NCBI GenBank assembly: GCA_002399235.1
Contig: DHDH01000001.1
Span: forward strand, 24,594 to 88,593
Source of the DNA: Firmicutes bacterium UBA4881
Lineage (GTDB): Bacteria > Bacillota > DTU065
Length of the DNA: 64,000 bases
Reading direction: 5' to 3'
The notes under the pieces were generated by a model. That model did not search any database. It had not been told where the DNA came from and saw only the letters and a program-made list of their open reading frames with translations. Each line of letters begins with the position of its first letter. Position 1 is the first letter of the stretch. This document shows positions 59,244-64,000 of the stretch, piece after piece. The position numbers were made by a program, and so were the translations under genes.

Positions 59244-59275
59244 GGGAGCCCTCAGGGCTCCCTTAATAATAGTTT
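59244..59275. terminator. bidirectional stem-loop between gltX and cca
   Basis: GGGAGCC-CTCA-GGCTCCC followed by TTAATAATAGTTTT. The cca stop lies in the loop. Confidence 0.55.
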
Positions 59276-60364
59276 TAATAGTTCTTCTCTTGTATTAAGA
59301 TTAGGGTTTTCACGAACATAAAAGGCTAATTTATTTAGGGTTTTGCCAACTATAGGTCCCTTACCCTTGACTTTGATAATATCACTTCCACTTATAGCAA
59401 GATCGTGTGGAAAAATTGGCGTTTTAGCGAGTGCTTTAGCTTGAGGTGTTAAGCCTCTCAAAATAAGCCAATCGTCTAGATACTCTCTACCTACATGGAA
59501 GCAGAGATGTCTTAGTTCTGTAGTAGTTTTTGGAAGAGGGTAATTGGTTAGGACTTTATTTATGTGATTTAATTTTTGCCGAGATAAAGTTAACTTATCA
59601 AAAAGCCAGGGGTTATCTTGAAGAACCAGACTAAGTCTTAATTCCTTTCGGAGAGGAAATTCTTCTAGTTTATCAGGTATTATTAACTTATAACCAAAAG
59701 CTTCTTTGGCAATTAGTGATAATTCTTTGAGCCCTCTAGTTGGCGCAATACCCATTAGTAGTTTGCTGAATTCTTCAGTGATTCGTTCTTTACTGATAAA
59801 ATGGAGTAGGTTAGCTTGGCTCTTCATTGCTTTTGCAGTTGCAGACTCAAGGGACCAATCAGAACCTAAGGAGGAGCAAAAACGGATACCTCTAAGGATT
59901 CTTAAGGCGTCTTCTTGGAACCTTTTCTGTGGTTTGCCAACGGTTTTAATTACTCTATTTTGCAGATCGATTTGACCTAAAAAGGGATCGTAGAGACCCC
60001 TTATAGGCGAATAAGCAATGGCATTAATGGTAAAATCTCGTCTAGCTAAATCATCAAGTATTCTTGGGGAAAAGGTAACATTAGTAGGCCGCCTTCTATC
60101 ACAATAAGGTCCATCTTTTCGAAAGGTTGTTACTTCCACTGGTGCTTCGCTTAATACAGTAACAGTACCAAACTTAATTCCAGTAGAGGCAGTGTGGGGG
60201 AAAAGGGCTATAATACTAGTGGGCAAAGCTTGGGTAGCGATATCATAGTCATGAGGAGTGCGACCTAATAAATTATCGCGTACAGAGCCCCCAACAACAT
60301 AACTTTCGTATCCAGCATTTTCTAAAGTCTGCAAGATGTCTAGCACATATTTAGGCAATTGCAT
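59252..60364 (-). CDS. cca: CCA-adding tRNA nucleotidyltransferase / poly(A) polymerase family protein
   Basis: Head-domain motif GGSVRDNLLGRTPHDYDIAT and RRDFTINA. 370 aa. Confidence 0.8.
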   Translation of the reverse strand: MQLPKYVLDILQTLENAGYESYVVGGSVRDNLLGRTPHDYDIATQALPTSIIALFPHTASTGIKFGTVTVLSEAPVEVTTFRKDGPYCDRRRPTNVTFSPRILDDLARRDFTINAIAYSPIRGLYDPFLGQIDLQNRVIKTVGKPQKRFQEDALRILRGIRFCSSLGSDWSLESATAKAMKSQANLLHFISKERITEEFSKLLMGIAPTRGLKELSLIAKEAFGYKLIIPDKLEEFPLRKELRLSLVLQDNPWLFDKLTLSRQKLNHINKVLTNYPLPKTTTELRHLCFHVGREYLDDWLILRGLTPQAKALAKTPIFPHDLAISGSDIIKVKGKGPIVGKTLNKLAFYVRENPNLNTREELLKLLLREP

Positions 60365-60415
60365 AATAACCCTCCAGATAAATTGATTTACTGAAGACTT
60401 AGGAGGAATAAAGTC

Positions 60416-60964
60416 TTGTTCACAGAGATACGTGATTGGCTAATAACAATTGGTGAAGCTGTTCTTTTAACAACATTTCTTATTTTTTTTGTTGCCCAAT
60501 CCTTTCTAGTTAAAGGGTATTCCATGGAACCTACCTTACACAACGGAGAGCGAGTAATGGTCGAAAAGATTAGTTATCGTTTTCGTCAGCCTAAAAGAGG
60601 TGAAATCGTTATAGTTAAAAACCCTTTACAAAAAGAGGAAAAATATATAAAAAGGATTATCGGCTTACCTGGCGATAAAATTGATATTAGAGAAGGTTCT
60701 TTGTATATTAATGATGTTTTACTCGATGAAGATTATATCGCTGAACCGATAGCTTTTTGGTATCAAAAAAGTTGTGAGGTTCCTCCTGGGCATGTTTATG
60801 TCTTAGGTGATAATCGTAATCATAGTGATGACAGTAGACGTATTGGACCTATACCTTTAGATCATGTGTTAGGTAGAGTTGCTTTTGTTTATTGGCCATT
60901 TAAAAATTTCGAACTTATCAAGCAGCCAGAAGTTTTATCTGGGTTAGAAGTATATAACCATTAA
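60416..60964 (+). CDS. lepB: signal peptidase I (S26)
   Basis: SMEPTL (catalytic Ser), the Lys box (YIKRIIGLPGD), and GDNRNHSDDSR. TTG start 7 nt after TAGGAGG. Confidence 0.85.
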   Translation: MFTEIRDWLITIGEAVLLTTFLIFFVAQSFLVKGYSMEPTLHNGERVMVEKISYRFRQPKRGEIVIVKNPLQKEEKYIKRIIGLPGDKIDIREGSLYINDVLLDEDYIAEPIAFWYQKSCEVPPGHVYVLGDNRNHSDDSRRIGPIPLDHVLGRVAFVYWPFKNFELIKQPEVLSGLEVYNH

Positions 60965-60992
60965 GAAAAAAAGGGGGAATCCCCTTTTTTAT
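60965..60992. terminator. bidirectional stem-loop (AAAAAAGGGGGAATCCCCTTTTTT)
   Basis: G/C stem flanked by an A-run and a T-run, between convergent lepB and the ROK gene. Confidence 0.55.
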
Positions 60993-62203
60993 AATGATGT
61001 TCTTTTTTTGTAAGTAGGTAGTTCGAAGAGACTTTTTAAAACTAATGTTGCCGAACCAACAACTCCTGCAGAGACACCTAAATTAGAAGCACTAACTTTG
61101 AAATCCTCTCTATTGCAACTTATTGAATTCTCTTTGATTAAAGAGATAAGTTTTTCTGAGACAATATGTTGGGGTGGGCAGAGCAGACCACCTAATATAA
61201 CACGACTGGGATTTAACAGGTTTATAGCTGAGATAATACCTCTTGAGACATTGGAGATCATTTCATCAAGGAGATCACTACATAGTTTATCACCATTTAA
61301 AGCAGCTTCAATAAAGTTTTCCAAGTAAAGGCTATCTAAAGTCATGGATGTTGGTGTGCCATTTTTAATAGCTTCAGCTATTTTTAACATGACATGAGTC
61401 CCATCAGCAATGGGACCAAGACAACCTTTTAGTCCACAGCTACAGTTTGGTCCATGAGCATCAATACTCATATGCCCTAATTCACCAGCATTGCCATAGG
61501 CACCTCGATAGAGAACACCATCAATAATGAGTCCGGCCCCTAAGCCATAACCTAAGTAAACGTACAAGACATGGCGATCTTCTTCACCAACACCAAACCA
61601 AGTTTCGCCTAAAGCCATAGCGTTGACATCGTTTTCAACAACAAACGTGAGATGATGTCGGTATTTTTCTATTAAGGGTGTTAGATCGAGACTGTGCCAA
61701 TCATCGCCTAAAAGATAGCGAGTTGTTGTTCCTTCAACCAGGCCAAGAATTCCAATGCCAGCACCAACTAAACGATCAGATAATCCTTTTTCTTTTAGAA
61801 AGTTAAGAGAAAATTCGATTCCTTCGCTGATTTTGTCTAAAATAGCTTGACTGTCAGCTAGATTAACACTAGCTTCAAATTTTGTTAAGGGCTGACCGAT
61901 TAGGTTCACTGGTGCTACAAAGACACCATCATGATCGATACAAACACCGAGGGCGATTCGTCCATCAGGTATCAATTCTAATAAGATGGGTTTTCTTCCC
62001 GCTGCAGATTTGCCAACACCAATCTCCCGTACCATCCCGTTTTCGATTAGCTCAGCTACTAAGCTAGAGACAGTTGTAGGAGAAAGATTGGTTGCAGCGG
62101 TTAGATCGGCTCGAGATACGCCGGGGTTTTTTCTAATTAATTTAGATAAAAGTGATAGGTTCCATTCCTTCATTAACTGTAGGTTTGCAGTTCTAATTTC
62201 CAT
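60989..62203 (-). CDS. ROK-family transcriptional regulator (NagC/XylR-type)
   Basis: N-terminal winged-HTH (..RADLTAATNLSPTTVSSLVAELIENGMV..). ROK sugar-kinase fold with the zinc motif GHMSID..CSCGLKGCLG. Confidence 0.8.
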   Translation of the reverse strand: MEIRTANLQLMKEWNLSLLSKLIRKNPGVSRADLTAATNLSPTTVSSLVAELIENGMVREIGVGKSAAGRKPILLELIPDGRIALGVCIDHDGVFVAPVNLIGQPLTKFEASVNLADSQAILDKISEGIEFSLNFLKEKGLSDRLVGAGIGILGLVEGTTTRYLLGDDWHSLDLTPLIEKYRHHLTFVVENDVNAMALGETWFGVGEEDRHVLYVYLGYGLGAGLIIDGVLYRGAYGNAGELGHMSIDAHGPNCSCGLKGCLGPIADGTHVMLKIAEAIKNGTPTSMTLDSLYLENFIEAALNGDKLCSDLLDEMISNVSRGIISAINLLNPSRVILGGLLCPPQHIVSEKLISLIKENSISCNREDFKVSASNLGVSAGVVGSATLVLKSLFELPTYKKRTSL

Positions 62204-62418
62204 GTTATCACCATCTTTCGATTCGTAGTCTGACGCAAGATTCTACAATATTTCATTAATTCTACTTCACCGAGAGGTTTCCTTCAAAGCCAAAGGTTAA
62301 ACAGAGTTAGCTAGATAAATAAGGAAGAAATGAAGGGGAAAGCTAATTTTTAGTTGAATTTCTCTATGAGAGTTCTATTATTACCATGTATAAGGTATGC
62401 TAATGTGGAGTGAAGCAG

Positions 62419-63069
62419 ATGGAAAAAGTTATCTATCGCTCTGTGGCCAAAGAGGCTAAGATAGAAATAATAGAAAAAAAGTCTCGCTTTCTAGGTCATG
62501 TGAAGCCAGTCCAGTCGAGCGAAGAAGCAGAAGCTTTTCTGCAGGAGATTCGTGCCAAGCACCCGACAGCTACCCATAACGTTTGGGCTTATAGATTAGG
62601 TTTATCAGGCGAACAACAAAGGTTTTCTGATGATGGCGAACCATCTCAGACCGCAGGTATGCCTACTTTAGATGTAATTCTTAAGCAAGATATAACCCAG
62701 TTAATTATTGTTACTACTCGTTATTTTGGTGGTATTTTGCTTGGCGCTGGAGGGTTAGTGCGAGCTTATAGCAAATCAGCTTCCGAAGCCATTCAAGCCG
62801 CTGGTATAACCGCCTATGTACAAAGAGCGAAATATAGAGTAACAGTAAGTTATAGTGAATGGGGTATTGTGGAAAACTTTTGCCAAAAAAGGCGTTGGGC
62901 ACTTTCAGAAGTCGAATATATGGAAAATGTATCGGTTACAGTAACTATTCCAGAATATGACAAAGAGGCATTGGTTTCTTTTTTACAAGATACTACTAGT
63001 GGAAGAGTAGAACCTACTTTTATGGCCAATGTTTATTTGCAAACTTCTTCCAATCGTCCCGACATTTAG
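62419..63069 (+). CDS. yigZ: IMPACT/YigZ-family protein (UPF0029)
   Basis: N-terminal motif KKSRFLGHV..HNVWAYRLG..QRFSDDGEP..AG typical of YigZ. ATG 62419, 8 nt after GTGGAG; the GTG at 62410 is the alternative. Confidence 0.75.
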   Translation: MEKVIYRSVAKEAKIEIIEKKSRFLGHVKPVQSSEEAEAFLQEIRAKHPTATHNVWAYRLGLSGEQQRFSDDGEPSQTAGMPTLDVILKQDITQLIIVTTRYFGGILLGAGGLVRAYSKSASEAIQAAGITAYVQRAKYRVTVSYSEWGIVENFCQKRRWALSEVEYMENVSVTVTIPEYDKEALVSFLQDTTSGRVEPTFMANVYLQTSSNRPDI

Positions 63070-63285
63070 AGGCGGTTTTTAATCTGACTAACTTGCAGTC
63101 TCGACTAAGGCTATGTATAATGTTATAGACATTGATTAATTGCTTGATGCCAAGGACTTTTACTTGACGGAAAACAAGCAGAAGGATATAATTAGAAAGT
63201 AATTGTCTGGACTCTAACCTCAGTTTTAGCTTGGAAGCATTCGCTAAAACGTAGAGTAGCAGATGGCTTAGTGCGAGGTGACCAG

Positions 63286-63825
63286 ATGATGCAAGATCTA
63301 AAAATTAGTATTGCTAAGCTTCAATCTGGCGAGGAAAGATCATTTAATATGGTTATACCGGCGAAGTCTTGCCAATTGCCAGAAGAACATGTAGAAGCAA
63401 TTCAGCCTATAGTTATCGAGGGTACAATTACCCATGCTGGCGATTTTTTTGTGCTACTGGCGAATGTTACTACTAGGCTTAGAATGCAGTGCACACGCTG
63501 TCTTGTTGAATTCGAAAAAGATGTTCATCTTGCTATTGAAGAGGAACTTCGAAAAGCTGAGGGTTCTGAAGATTTTGTCGAACTTTCAGGAGATGACGAC
63601 CTTTACTCCACATTTCTTGGCCACGAGATTGATGTAGGCCAGATTGCCTTGGAGCATTTGGTCCTAAGCCTGCCAATTAAAAGACTGTGCCACCCAGAAT
63701 GTCTTGGACTTTGTCCAATTTGTGGGCAGGATCGCAACAAAAATAAATGCGAATGTAAGGATGAGAATATCGATCCTAGGTTGCAGGCTTTGAAAAAAAT
63801 ACTTAATAAGGAAAACCAGTTCTAG
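63286..63825 (+). CDS. yceD: YceD/DUF177 family protein
   Basis: CxxC..CPICG cysteine motifs and its position immediately upstream of rpmF. ATG 63286 after GAGGTGA. Confidence 0.7.
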   Translation: MMQDLKISIAKLQSGEERSFNMVIPAKSCQLPEEHVEAIQPIVIEGTITHAGDFFVLLANVTTRLRMQCTRCLVEFEKDVHLAIEEELRKAEGSEDFVELSGDDDLYSTFLGHEIDVGQIALEHLVLSLPIKRLCHPECLGLCPICGQDRNKNKCECKDENIDPRLQALKKILNKENQF

Positions 63826-63837
63826 GAGGTGTAGACA

Positions 63838-64000
63838 ATGGCAGTACCAAAGAGACGAGTTTCTACTACACGTAAAGCTAAAAGACGTACAAATTGGAAG
63901 TTAGAAGGACCATCAATTAATGTTTGTCCAAGTTGTGGGGAGCCTAGACTACCACACCGTGCTTGTGCAAAATGTGGCGCATATAAAACCAAGCCTACTA
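63838..64000 (+). CDS. rpmF: 50S ribosomal protein L32 (3' end truncated by window edge)
   Basis: [36 protein letters not shown] matches the canonical L32. RBS GGAGGTG. Confidence 0.9.
   Translation, partial: MAVPKRRVSTTRKAKRRTNWKLEGPSINVCPSCGEPRLPHRACAKCGAYKTKPT

Noticed and set aside
61098-62228. Plus-strand ORFs 61098, 61882 and 61986 inside the ROK regulator gene
   Set aside because: Shadow ORFs antisense to a gene with a clear HTH plus ROK zinc motif.
1-64000. CRISPR arrays, rRNA genes, IS elements
   Set aside because: No regularly spaced direct repeats, rRNA-like conserved stretches or transposase-like ORFs were seen anywhere in the window.

Overview
This 64-kb window comes from a low-GC Firmicute that appears to have an outer membrane (Halanaerobiales-like). 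The evidence is two TolC/HlyD/MacB-type efflux clusters and a POTRA-plus-β-barrel protein, alongside the sporulation-type dacB and tyrS with a T-box leader. The right two thirds (about 39.6-64 kb) is conserved core: dacB, a U32 peptidase, mutS2, ogt, tyrS, a PBP1A, gltX, cca, lepB, a ROK regulator, yigZ, yceD and rpmF. The left third looks accessory. It carries a compact ABC-type ATPase translationally coupled to a Toprim/DUF4435-like protein, which I read as a PARIS/AbiL-like candidate anti-phage module. It also carries a DUF2935 protein, decayed gene fragments, a small hydrophobic peptide gene, a GC-richer ankyrin-repeat lipoprotein, a secreted unknown protein and a tRNA-Pro(CGG) gene. Two paralogous six-gene efflux operons (two FtsX-type permeases, an HlyD adaptor, an ABC ATPase and two TolC-like proteins) sit at 9.4-16.3 kb on the minus strand and 32.6-39.4 kb on the plus strand. 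There are three further highlights. First, an array of eleven (G/U)AG triplets at 2-nt spacing overlaps the Shine-Dalgarno and start codon of a TrpP-like transporter gene, the signature of a TRAP binding site. Second, a textbook Tyr (UAC) T-box leader precedes tyrS. Third, an unusual fusion joins a secreted S41 peptidase to a POTRA domain and a C-terminal β-barrel ending in Phe, a type-Vd-autotransporter-like architecture. No CRISPR array, rRNA, integrase or transposase was seen.
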